A stretch of DNA of 63,129 nt, counting the filler, from Octopus bimaculoides (lineage: Eukaryota), in the NCBI RefSeq assembly GCF_001194135.2. It is 9 parts of 9 records of this genome, joined end to end, with 100 filler letters (N's around TTAATTAATTAA, not from the genome) between each part and the next. Parts side by side here need not be neighbours in the genome. Positions count along the whole stretch, not along the records: positions 20,622 to 42,190 come from NC_068997.1; 8 more parts are not named here. One strand, 5' to 3'. Below are positions 23,854-35,716 of this stretch, piece after piece. The position numbers and the translations under genes were made by a program. Under the pieces are notes generated by a model that worked only from the letters and a program-made list of their open reading frames with translations, had not been told where the DNA came from and ran no database searches. The first letter of the stretch is position 1; every line of letters starts with the position of its first letter.

Positions 23854-25988
23854 CTAATTATCAGGAACTGCAAGAGGAGACACACAAACCTGAGCATAGC
23901 ATGGGTTGACTATCGTAAAACATATGATATGATACCACACTGCTCGATAATAAAAACAATGGAAATGCATGGAGCAGCAGAAAATATGAGAAGCCTTATA
24001 TGGAATAGCATGAAATGCTGGAGAATGGAATTGGCAGCTGGGAATCAAGTATTAGGAGAGGTGAAAATCAAGAGAGGAAACTTCCAGTGGGGCAGTGTTC
24101 CCGCACTGAGTTTCGTGCAGGGAACGATCCCCTTGAGTGAAATACTTCAGAAAACAAAGTTGGGGGTATGATCTGGGAATGGGTAAGGGAAAACTGAACC
24201 ACTTGCTATTCATGGACGACCTGAAGCTATTCACAAAAACTGAGGCAGAACTGGACAGCCTAGTCCAGTCTGTGCGGATTTTCTCCAATGATATTAAGAT
24301 GAAGTTTGGATTCTCAAAATGTGCTGCAATGGTGATGAGACGAGAAAGCTTTTCAGAACAGAAGCCATATGGTTGCCAAGTGGTGAAATGATGAAGGCAA
24401 TTCAACCGCAATCCAGGTATAAATACCTGGGAATAGTTGAGGCAGATGGAATCAAACACCACGACATGAAGGAAAAGACAAAAAAACAGTACCTGCGGCG
24501 AATGAGAAAACTATTGGCTTCAAAGCTGAATGCCAGAAATATAATTTCGGCAATTAACTCGCGCGTAGTCGCAGTAGTTCGGTATGGCGCTGGAATCCTG
24601 AAGTGGACAGAGAAAGGATTAAAGATGGACAGGAAGTCAAGAAAGCTTCTAACAATGCATGGTGCCCATCATCCACATGCAGACACTGATCGCCTATACA
24701 TGAAGAGAGCAAATGGAGAAAGAGAATTGATAAGTGTGGAAGATTGCGTGCGTATCGAACTCGAGAGCTTCATGAGATACCTATCCCAAAGTAAGGAAAC
24801 CTTACTAGTGACAGTTAGGAACGAGGGAATATTGAAAGCAGAGAAAAAAGGGAAAACAAAGGAAGAAGTGCAAAAAGGACATAAAGAAGAATTACGCAAG
24901 GGACTACACAATCAATTCCATGTAGCCACAACAGAGGTTGCTGGAAAAAATAGATGGGATTGGCTGATGAAAGGAACCCTAAAAAAAGAGACCGAGAGCA
25001 CTATACTGGCAGCGCAAGACCAATCTTTGGCTATGAACTGGAGAGTCAACCTGAGGAATGAGCAAGTGTCTCCGCTGTGCCGCATCTGCGATAGAGTGGA
25101 TGAAACCATTGCCCATATCACAAATGAATGCACTAGACTTGCCCCAAACTAGTACAAGTTGTGGCGACACGATCAAGTTGCACAAGTGCCACACTGGAAA
25201 CTACGACAAGTGAGGGCTAGAGAGAGGCAAGACGTGGTATGAGCACAAACTGCAGTGAGTGGCAGAGACGGAGACTAGCAAAATCGTCTATGATTTCCCA
25301 ATCCAAACAGATCAGGTGCTAGAGCATAACAGACATGACCTGGCGTTGATGGATGAGATGCACCCCATGTGCCATATAGTTGATGTTGCATGCCCCTTTG
25401 ACCAACGAATACTCAAGAAGGAAGGCGAAAAGATAGATAGATACAACCTTCTTAAGTACGAAACAGCCCGGCTATGGTAAATGAAGAAGGTGAAGATAAT
25501 GCCAATTATTAGTCGGTCTTTAGGAACAGTATCAAAAGGCATCAAGAGGAATATCAAGGAAATTGGAATGGAGCGCCCAGTAGAACTGTTACAAAAGATT
25601 AGCCTCATTGGTACAGCCAGAATAATCAAGGAAGTATTATATAGCTGAAAAGAATGGTACCTATTTCTTTATTGCCCACAAGGGGCTAAACATAGAGGGA
25701 ACAAACAAGGACAGACAAAGGGATTAAGTCGATTACATCGACCCCAGTGCGTAACTGGTACTTAATTTATCGACCCCGAAAGGATGAAAGGCAAAGTCGA
25801 CCTCAGCGGAATTTGAACTCAGAACGTAACGACAGACGAAATACCTCTCAGCATTTCACCCGGCGTGCTAACGATTCTGCCAGCTCGCCGCCTTAATGGA
25901 AAGCATGGTACCGTCGACTGCAGGTAGCAAGTCCGCAACGCATGTAACACGCCAGAAACTACAACAAAACCTGCGATAACGAGACACA
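23854..25988 (+). mobile_element. R4/Dong-type LINE, 5'-truncated (RT + CCHC + RLE), with stops and frameshifts
   Basis: LSIAWVDYRKTYDMIPH, HLLFMDDLKLF, YKYLGI, LKKETESTILAAQDQ, CRICDRVDETIAHITNEC, GTARII. (TAA/TGA)n abuts both ends. Confidence 0.93.
25662..25897 (-). mobile_element. SINE family 1 with L1/Tx1-like tail, inserted in the R4 3' UTR
   Basis: tRNA-like head and body; tail ..gccccttgtgggcaataaagaaat. ~15-bp TSD gaaaagaatggtacc (25647-61) / ggaaagcatggtacc (25898-912). Confidence 0.9.
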
Positions 25989-26012
25989 ATAATAATAATA
26001 ATAATAATAATA

Positions 26013-26224
26013 ATCCTTTCTACTATAGGCGCAACACCTGAAATTTTGTGGGAGGGTACTAGCCGATTTCATCGACCCAGTGTTTTACTGGTAATTAATT
26101 TATCAACCTCGGCAGAATGAAAGGGAAAGTCGACCTAGGCGGAATTTGAACTCAGAACATGAAGACGGACCAAATACCGGTAAGCATTTCGCCCAGCGTG
26201 CTAACAATTCTGCAGGTCGCCTCC
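26013..26224 (-). mobile_element. SINE family 1 (tail type ..cctatagtagaaagga-(TTA)n)
   Basis: Same head and body as 25662-25897, different 3' tail. Confidence 0.85.
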
Positions 26225-26255
26225 TCCTCCCCCTCCTCCTCCTCTTCCTCATCCC

Positions 26256-26308
<53 letters not shown>

Positions 26309-26329
26309 TTTCTTCTTCTTCTTCTTCTT

Positions 26330-26427
<98 letters not shown>

Positions 26428-26437
26428 AACAACAATA
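26221..26437. repeat. Compound trinucleotide microsatellite (CCT)(CAT)(CTT)(ATT)(AAC)
   Basis: Direct reading. Confidence 0.95.
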
Positions 26438-26564
26438 ATGCAGTTCTATATTTAAGAGATGAGGAATTGCGTACATTATAATAATTATTATAATGACAAT
26501 TTTTTCGATGGGATAAAGATACAAGATGTTATCATTAGATTACTGAGAAACAATGGAGGAAATA

Positions 26565-27670
26565 CGAGGTCAGATCAATAAGTATCCGGACTGTTGCCAT
26601 AGTAACAAAGCTAAAGCACGCAGAGTAAAGCTAGTTGGCACAGATTGACCTTGAACTCTGCTGTTGTGATTGAGGAATTAAAACAGAAGTTGAAAGCTAA
26701 AGCTCATAAACTAAAGAGATATGAACAGAGAATTGAGCAATACAGATTAAACAGACTTTTCAAACAAAATCAGAAACGAGTCTTTCAGGAACTGGAAGTG
26801 AAAGAAAAAGGTGAAAAAGTCGTGCGGGATACTGAAGAAAGTAAAAAATCCTGGTCAAACATATGGTGTCAGGAGAAATAACAGGAAACTGTAGCATTAA
26901 GTTTTAACATTCTAGCTCACTTCCGCTGTTTACAGCAGTGCTTGGAAGGAAGGTGTGTAGTCTGTAATCTTCGCATTGACCTTGACAGAGAAAGTTGTTA
27001 TGGCGATACCTGCTCAGAGACCTACACAAAGTTGCAGAAAGTGTATGAACAGGAGTGTATGAGCCACACACAAGTGTACGAGTGGTTCAGACTTTTCGAA
27101 GATGGCCGAAAAACTGTCGATATTGACGAACGTTCTAGTAGGCCTGCAACCAGCAGAACTGCGAAAAAACATCGCAGATGTGCGTGTAGCTGAGAGGGGA
27201 ACTCGTCGAATCATCATCCGTGAGTTATCAGAGGATGTACAGATTAGTTACGGTTCAGTTCAGTTCATATTCAGATATGAAACGCATGTCTTCTAAGTTT
27301 GTGCCAAAACTGCTTTCAGTTGACTAAAAAAGATACTCGGGTTTCGGTTAGGTTTCTCCTTGATTGTGTCGAGAACGATGAAAACGTTTTGAAAACTTTG
27401 AGTAGGTCTCTGGACAGGTATCTCCAAGCTTTTGTTAAAATATGATGCAGATTCTCTGCTCAACTATATCTGCCATGGTCAATGCGTCTATCACACGCTA
27501 CGCACCTTCCTTCCAAGCACTGCTGTAAACAGTGGAAATGAGCTAGAACGTTAAAACTTAGTACGCATGCACAGCAGAGGTAAAGATCAAACTGTGCCAA
27601 GCAGCTTTACTCTGCATGCTTTAGCTTCGCCACTATAGCAACAGTCTGGATACTTATTGATCAGATTACG
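26565..27670 (+). mobile_element. Non-autonomous mariner-like element with ~200-bp TIRs and N-terminal transposase only
   Basis: TA flanks; TIR cgaggtcagatcaataagtatccggactgttgc vs reverse complement of the right end. Internal MSHTQVYEWFRLFEDGR..RSSRP..FVPKLL; no DDD domain. Confidence 0.9.
26663..26885 (+). pseudogene. R4/Dong pre-RT fragment captured inside the left mariner TIR
   Basis: VIEELKQKLKAKAHKLKRYEQRIEQYRLNRLFKQNQKRVFQEL..SNIW. The right TIR lacks this segment. Confidence 0.75.
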
Positions 27671-28249
27671 TAAGTACCTAGATGTATTGTAGGATGAAAA
27701 TATAATGGAAAAGGAAATGAAAGGCGAGGAGAAAGTTACCAAAGACTACGAGAGAAGGGTTAGGGAAGGTACTCTTAACAAAACTAAATGGAGACTGCTT
27801 CTATTTTTTTTTAAGGTGGATACTGAAGCACAGGAATTGGCTAGTATATCAACTGGTTGCTCACAGTGCATAATGAACACTATCCTTAAACTAAGATCGG
27901 ATGGAGCTATTTACCAAGAAAGGAAGGAGGTAAAGCTTTGTTAAATGTAAAAGACATCCTAAATACTACGGTTTAATGTTTGGAAAAGTAAGAAAAATCT
28001 TTTAATTCCGATCTTCAGTTTTGGTCAAATGTTTCTAATTTACCCGTCTACTTTAAGCAAAAGCTTTTTCATTCGTTTATGTTGGGTCAGCGGAATTAAA
28101 GCAAGGTCCCACCGCAGCTCTTAATATGGCCAAAAGGCTGTTCTACAAGGACCAACGGTCATCAAAACTAAAACAAAAATGAAGCGAAAGACCCGAAAAA
28201 GCACCTTCATATAAAGTTGGAATGCGAGTATGCACCTGAAAAGTCTGAT

Positions 28250-30580
28250 GAAGAAAGCAGAAAGAACCCAAGGATCCCTAAAGATAAAAAAGAATATTGT
28301 TTTCTACCCGATAGATAAAGAATAATTCAATTAGGATGGAGTGGGTTTTCCAGTAAACGAAAAGGTTAAGAAGGGCGACGTCCATGAATTTGCCAATAAA
28401 CCTGGTCAAACTACCAGCCTTGCCTGGAATCTATCGAAGAAGTAATTCAACTATATACACAAAAATCTGCGATTATCCAAGAGCTGGAAGAGATTATCGA
28501 AGCAAACGAATATCACAAAGCTTATGGCGCCATCATAATGAGAAATCTATATTCCAAGATAAGGAAAGTAAATAGCAAATGTCTGGGGAAAAATTTCTCA
28601 TGGGAATGACGGAAAACAAAACACATAATGAATTTCTACGAATCATAGAGCCTAAAAATATCCAATACAATTTTTGAAAAGAAAAAAAAGAAGAAAAAGA
28701 AAATCTTTAAAATGTCCAGGCTGTATAACTTTAAAGTAGCTAGGCTACATTATCACAAACACGGCAAGACATTTTTCGAAACACTGAAGTAATAGATGAG
28801 GTAACCATCGTATGCAAAGCGAAAAAAATCTATTCCATTTCAAGCAGAAACCAATCGGGATTGTAAAAGAGCCTAATCAATCATTTCAAAGCTACCTTAA
28901 CATTGAGCCAACTGAACAATAAACACAAAGTGACGACACTGAAACTTTAAACAACAACCCAACAAAAGATGTTTTTCTGAAAGAACTGAATACAGCAACA
29001 AACTTAGGAACAAACGAAAAATTTCTGAGTTAATTCAGCTGGCAACGAGACAGAAGTGGCAGAGCTGAATAAAGAGATAAACAGAAAATAATGAGAAGAC
29101 ATGAGAGAATACAAGAATAGTATAGAAACGACAATCCGTCAAGAGAAAAAGTTTAAATCTGTTAAAAACTAAAATAAATGGGAAGCTCAGATGATAGCAT
29201 AAAAGAAGTTCAGACCATCAAGATATGAAGAAATAGACTCGAAGAAAGAGGGACGGAATTCTATCATTGTGAATAAAACAACAACAGCATTATAGAAGAC
29301 AACATTATCGTATCTAGGACAACACTATAAGTTTCTGAAACCATACGAAGAACAACACACAATCAAAAATTTAGAGGTAACGCTCTAGGACAGGGTCGAG
29401 GAGCTTCTTTAACTGATTACCTCAAAATATGATATTTACACCGACATTACCCCCTTGATTTGAAAGGAAATAAGGAAAAAACAATTATAACTATAAAAAG
29501 CATAAAACAAATGCAATAAAATGAATTAATATATCTTCATTATGAAATAAAAAGATTTTTCTAGAAACCTTTTCACTTCAGGTTTTGGAGAAATGATGTT
29601 TCATTTTTGTTACAATTACATCAAAATTGGGGTATCTTGATGCCAGAACAATTTGGATACTGTCTTCGGGGTTCAATAAATTACTCTGCTTTGTTTCTAT
29701 GTTCATTAAAGTGGAAAATTCTAGTTTGCAAAGGTAGGTTGTTGCAAAAGGCAGCAACCTTTTGACTGTCCCCTCATGCCAGAAGAAACATTTTTGTCGT
29801 AGCAAGGACCACGTTTTTATATAATTTTACTTACATCTAATGAGACTTCTAGAATTTCATTTTTACATCCTGATCGCCGACTCCTGCTCTAGAACAAAAT
29901 AACGAATTGAAAAATGCCACTTGCCAAAATCTTCACTGAATAACTCAAATAAAGTGAAATCTATAAAGTTTTGCACCATGCAATAATCATTCTATTGCAT
30001 ATAAAGGATGATAAACAAGACCTAACAAACTATCGAACTATAAACCTTCTAAGTGCCATATGAAGATCCTTCACAAAGATTGTGACAAAACAGAATTGCC
30101 AAACAAGTGGATGAAACTCAGCCATTTGAACAAAAGGAATTTTAAAGGTGTTTTATTTTTCCTTATTTTGTCATTTAGTTGCTATGAATGAACTAATCTG
30201 AAAAAATCAACATACCATCTCCCCCTGAATAGCCTTTGTGGCTACTAGACGAGTTTATAACCAATGCATCATTCTCAAAAATTTCTTATGAGGTAGAGGC
30301 ATGGAATCGAAAGACCTAACAAACAAGCTAAATGCATCTCAATATACGCACGCATGTGTTATAGTTGGAATAACATGGAAGGATTATAAACTAGCGAACT
30401 GCGGTCGAAATTAAACGAAAGTAAATGCTACATTCAAATTTTTAGAACCATTCAGGTAAGGCTGGATTGGGCACGTTCGGGAGATGAGTGACAAAAGGTG
30501 AACGAAAAGATGAGGAAATGGATTCTTAGATGCCACAAAAGGAGCAGGAGATAACAACGGACAGAGAACAACGAGGGAAA
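28250..30580 (+). pseudogene. Highly degenerate RTE-clade LINE (APE, RT, 3' region)
   Basis: GVGFP; IIILLHIKDDKQDLTNYRTINLLS..FTKI..DETQPFEQ; WIGHVREMSDKR*TKR. Confidence 0.7.
29391..29886 (-). mobile_element. hAT Charlie/Buster-type deleted element carrying the C-terminal dimerization-domain fragment
   Basis: LLPFATTYLCKLEFSTL..(29578-29805). Ends cagggtcg / cgactcctg; 8-bp TSD ctctagga (29383-90) / ctctagaa (29887-94). Confidence 0.85.
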
Positions 30581-32749
30581 TCTAATAGAAACAATAAACA
30601 AAATATATAGTTAACCATAAAAAATGAGATGAGTCAATAGTAACCCTTCTCGAATTTATAAATAAATAAACGAGCCACAAATAAAACATTTACTTGGCCA
30701 CTCGATCTGCTAGATTTAGTAGTCAACTCTCCCTAAAATCACTGCTATTCGTCTTTAAAAAGACACTTTGAATATTACATAGTGTAGAGTATACAATGCC
30801 TGAAAACAGACAGCATGGTCATGGCTGGAATGCCTAAGATTATGGATCAGCTGTAAAACTCAAGTATAACCTGACCATCTAAGAAATTCACTCCGCGGAA
30901 GCATACCCGAATATCAGTGTGTCTAATTTAGTTAGTAGTCACAGCAGTTTGAAGGAAAATCTGGTTTCGATTTTAATCGAAACCTACCAACATTTGTAGA
31001 AACAACAAAATATGATGCAGAGTAAACAACAAGAGAACAGACCAATCCTTAGTAGAAAGGGGTAGCTCTTTCTTGAACGAAACAGGTGAAATAATTTTTT
31101 TAAAGGTAATATGAAAATACAGCACTAAAAGAAAAATGATTCTGAAAACAAAAGAAAAATTTTAAAGAGTGATCGTGTCAAAGACTTGTTATGATAATAA
31201 AGAGACGTTGGATGAGATTCTTTGAAGAACATCAGTGCTCCTTTTATTGGATTCACTTTTTTGAATCAAATAGCAAATAGAAAACAATTCCAACGGGACA
31301 TAAATGAAAAGTATCACTCAGAAATACATCAATGACATCAACAATTGGGAGAGCGTATTAAGTAAAATATATATCCGATAAATATGTACAAAGGATGAGA
31401 AGAGAGAAAGAGAGAGAAAAGAAAAAATATTGCATCACAAACATGGCCCATCATCACTGGTGAGGAATTTACCTACAAAGAATCATAATTTCTGCAACTG
31501 GAATCTTCCAGAATTGATAAAGCCCCAATACATGGTTAAAGTACGTAACCAGTGTATAAGAAGCTACTTGCATTCTGTGACTTCGGAAAAGGACCAGCGT
31601 CAGCACCTGACTGTTCACTAGATAGGAAAACAATATATTGATTGCTACTGACCCATCAAAAAAAAAAAAAGTAAAAGAGCAAAGGCCCCAAATCTATATT
31701 GGTAAATCGATGGTCTGTTTACCAATTATNNNNNNNNNNNNNNNNNNNNNNNNNNNNNNNNNNNNNNNNNNNNNNNNNNNNNNNNNNNNNNNNNNNNNNN
31801 NNNNNNNNNNNNNNNNNNNNNNNNNNNNNNNNNNNNNNNNNNNNNNNNNNNNNNNNNNNNNNNNNNNNNNNNNNNNNNNNNNNNNNNNNNNNNNNNNNNN
31901 NNNNNNNNNNNNNNNNNNNNNNNNNNNNNNNNNNNNNNNNNNNNNNNNNNNNNNNNNNNNNNNNNNNNNNNNNNNNNNNNNNNNNNNNNNNNNNNNNNNN
32001 NNNNNNNNNNNNNNNNNNNNNNNNNNNNNNNNNNNNNNNNNNNNNNNNNNNNNNNNNNNNNNNNNNNNNNNNNNNNNNNNNNNNNNNNNNNNNNNNNNNN
32101 NNNNNNNNNNNNNNNNNNNNNNNNNNNNNNNNNNNNNNNNNNNNNNNNNNNNNNNNNNNNNNNNNNNNNNNNNNNNNNNNNNNNNNNNNNNNNNNNNNNN
32201 NNNNNNNNNNNNNNNNNNNNNNNNNNNNNNNNGAAATCTCAGCTAAGCAGTATATCACTATGCTATTCTAAAGTGAAAATAAAAACATCAATAGCAATGC
32301 AAGATAAAAAAAAAGGGATACTAAACCAGCCCTATCTGCATTGAAAAGGATTCGTTTTGTTTTTAGGAAAACTATATATCCTAGTTCTAACTCTGCTGAG
32401 AAACCATTTTAAGTCAAACACCTAATAGTTATAAATGTTATGGTCAAACTAACAAAAAAAAAAAACAAAAAAGAAACTAAACTTCTCTGGATTAAAACTA
32501 TATACAAAAGACAAGACAACGGAATGAATATAGGATTAGGTAAATGTGCGTTTTGAGGTACGTTTTGAGAAGTTATAAAAGTAAAAATTTAAATATGAAG
32601 TGAACCGTAAATATCAAGTAAACAGTAGACATTGAAATAGAGAAATTAAGACCATTACATTAAAATGTATTCTATAGAAGACGGAAATGATAACATTCAA
32701 AAATAGAGAAAATAAGAAAATACGCCCAAGAGCCATACTACTACTCTTC

Positions 32750-33090
32750 CTAATTTTGGCAAAAGACCAGCACTTTTGAGGTGAGGGCAAGTCGATTATA
32801 TTTTGAGGTGAGGGCAAGTCGATCATATTTTGAGGTGAGGGCAAGTCGATTATATTTTGAGGTGAGGGCAAGTCGATTATATTTTGAGGTGAGGGCAAGT
32901 CGATTATATTTTGAGGTGAGGATAAGTCGATTATATTTTGAGGTGAGGATAAGTCGATTACTTGACTGGTAATTTTGGTACTTATTTTATCGACCCCCGA
33001 AAGTGATGAAAGGCAAAGTTAAAGAACTGGAAGAAATGCTGCTGGGCATTTTGTCTGTTATGCTAACAATTGTACTTGCACGCCACCTTA
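32750..33090 (-). mobile_element. SINE family 1 copy with internal minisatellite expansion
   Basis: Body tggtacttattttatcgacccccgaaag..gatgaaaggcaaagt, tail ttttggcaaaagaccagc. Confidence 0.8.
32774..32960. repeat. 27-bp minisatellite x7 (ttttgaggtgagggcaagtcgattata)
   Basis: Units start at 32774, 32801, 32828, 32855, 32882, 32909 and 32936; the last two carry a gata variant. Confidence 0.95.
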
Positions 33091-33182
33091 GCGTCAGATT
33101 AATATTTAAAAAGGGCCATAAGTACACTTGTGATCCCAGTCTTCAAGATGATAGATAAGAAGTTCAGTGAACTAAATTATCC

Positions 33183-33532
33183 AGATAAAAAAGGAGAGAA
33201 AGATAGAAAGAAAGAGAGAAAGAGATAAAGAAAGAAAGACAAAAAGAAGCAAAGAAAGAAAGGAAGAGAGAAATAAAGGGAGACAGGGAGAAAGAAAGAG
33301 AAAGGGAAAGAAAGAAAAGAGGAAAGAAAGGGAGAGAGAAAGAAAGCGAGAAAGACAGAAAGAAAGGGAGAAAGAAAGGGAGAGAGAAAGAAAGGGAGAG
33401 AGAAAGAAAGGGAGAGAGACAGAAAGGGAGAGAGAGAGAAAGGGAGAGAGAGAGAAAGGGAGAGAGAGAGAGAGAAAGACAGAAAGGGATAAAGAAAGGG
33501 AGAAAGGTAGAAAGGGAGAAAGGGGGAAAGGG

Positions 33533-33575
<43 letters not shown>

Positions 33576-33655
33576 GAAAGAGAAAGGGAGAAGAAAGAAA
33601 CGAGAGAGAAAGAAAGAAAGGGAGAAAGAAAGAAAGAAAGAAAGAAAGAGAAAAA

Positions 33656-33695
<40 letters not shown>

Positions 33696-33805
33696 AGAAA
33701 GAAAGAAAGAAAGAAAGAAAGGGAGAAAAGGAGAGAGAGAGAAAGAAGAAAGAAAGGTAAAGAGAAAGCAAGGGAGAAAGAAAGAAGGAAGGAAGGAAAA
33801 AAAAA
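33183..33805. repeat. ~620-bp polypurine tract, (GAAA)n / GGGAGAGAGAAAGAAA
   Basis: Almost only A/G on the plus strand. Confidence 0.95.
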
Positions 33806-33899
33806 TTTGATTGTGTGTGTTTGTGGAGTGTCCGGTCTTGAATTTGATACTGAAATAAAATTCAAGACGAGTGCCTCACCTTGAATTTGATACTGATTC

Positions 33900-34270
33900 G
33901 ATATACGTAAAACGGACTGAAGTGGGAGGAATCCGAATAACAATGAAGAACTATTTAACGAAGAAACAAACCATAATTATTACAGAAAACATATTTTGAA
34001 AGAAGTAAAGGTACACTGATTAGATTAATTAACCGATACAAAACAATAAGAAAATCTTTGAGTATAAACTGAAAAGATCAAATACGAATAATAAAACCAA
34101 AGAAATAAAAGAAAGAATGGAGAAAAATACATTCTCTGGTCAGGGTCTTATGAAAACGTAGATGATGTAAGCCAATATGGAAGTCAATAATGTCTCAATA
34201 CCGTAGACTAAAAGCGGAAAATATTTGATTTTACTTGCACAAGATTAATGACTTAATAAAACCAATCTAC
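33900..34270 (+). pseudogene. Possible very old R4/Dong fragment
   Basis: Weak motif echoes: DSIYVKRTEVGG, EW(R/K), LKAE..LAQD. Confidence 0.35.
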
Positions 34271-35030
34271 AAAAGTGAACAATAAAGTAAAGTCAACTGC
34301 GAACTATGAAATAAGCATAAAGACCCATTCTCCGTATTTCCGGTTGTCCAGACCTATCAGAATTTTTATATATATCCATAGAAATGGCTGGATAGGTACC
34401 CATGTCCACTAAGAAATACAGACACTTCAAACAGAAAGTAATATAATAAACACGTACCAAATGACAATGCAAGGACTATCATGTTCTAGAACATGACTGA
34501 ATACACTAACAAAGAGATCAAAGAAAACAATTCAAATATAATATTCAAAGACAGAAAGGAAAAAACAGCTCTCTAAATGGACATCTCATTCTTTTTCAAT
34601 CAAATTATCGGCCAGAAAGTGATCGAAAGGTTATCAAAGTACACAAGACTGATTTTCATTGCTTAGTCATAGTAAGAAAATTAGTGCTTGTGACCAATAA
34701 GCTTTTCAGGCCTCTGAGGCTGGTAGAAGGAGGGAACTTACCCTCAGGCTGCAGATTTGGTCCATTTGCTCGAAACAGATTGGGTCGCTAAAGGAACCCA
34801 AGAATTGGTGACGGTATTAAACCGAAAGACATACTAATTCTGCCACCTAAGACCAGAAACAACCTCATCGATGATTTTCTTCACTAAATTTCACTCATAA
34901 GGTTTTGGTCGACAGAAGGCTATGGTAGGAGCTACATGGCAAGTTGCTGTGCAGAGTGAGTGAATCTGGAGCTACGGAGTTACAGAGCGAATTTCTGCAG
35001 CAGCAGCAGCAGCAGTTGTAGTAGTAGTAA

Positions 35031-35069
<39 letters not shown>

Positions 35070-35118
35070 CAGCAGCAGTAGCAGCAGCAACAGCAGCAGG
35101 ACTAAAATCACCACCAAT

Positions 35119-35332
35119 ATTGGTTTCAAATTTTGGCACAAGGCCAGAAATTTCGAGGAAGGCATAAATCGGTTACATCGATACCCTCGATAAAATACGT
35201 ATTTTATCGATCCCGAAAGGATGAAAGGCAGAGTCGCCCTCGGCGGAATTTGAACTCAGAAAATAAAAACGGACGAAATGCTGCTAAACATTTCGCAGGG
35301 CGTGCTGACGATTCTGCCTGCTAGCCGCCTTA
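35119..35332 (-). mobile_element. SINE family 1 (tail type ..ggccttgtgccaaaatttgaaaccaat)
   Basis: Head, body and tail match 16142-16358. Confidence 0.85.
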
Positions 35333-35655
35333 ATCTCCACCAATATTAAGTAGTATAATGGGTATGGTAAAAGGAAAGCATGAGCAATAAGCGTAAATAC
35401 CATACAAAAGTAGACACAACACAAAATAATATCCCTATTAAGCACAGCACTTGTCCTACACTAGAGACTATGTATATAGAACAAATCCCCTACACTGGGC
35501 TCTCGATACGATAAAAAAATTTCGCAATAAAGAACAGCAACACGAAAATAGCACAAGAACGAAACAAACCGCACCATCTCTAATGATAACAACGTCAACA
35601 ACTACTGATTTCCTATATAAGTGGTGTAACGAATTGATTTTAAGTGTATGTTTGT

Positions 35656-35716
<61 letters not shown>

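Larger units (their letters stand above)
26490..27960 (+). pseudogene. Old R4/Dong RT fragment split by the mariner element (26490-26562 and 27673-27960)
   Basis: Joining the flanks across TA gives ..NNGGNKYLDVL..EKVTKDYERRVR..TKLNG..HNEHYP..YLPRKEGGKAL, homologous to 24400-24730. Confidence 0.7.

Noticed and set aside
25800-25897. tRNA genes at SINE heads
   Set aside because: A/B boxes are present but there is no cloverleaf, and they continue into SINE body and tail.
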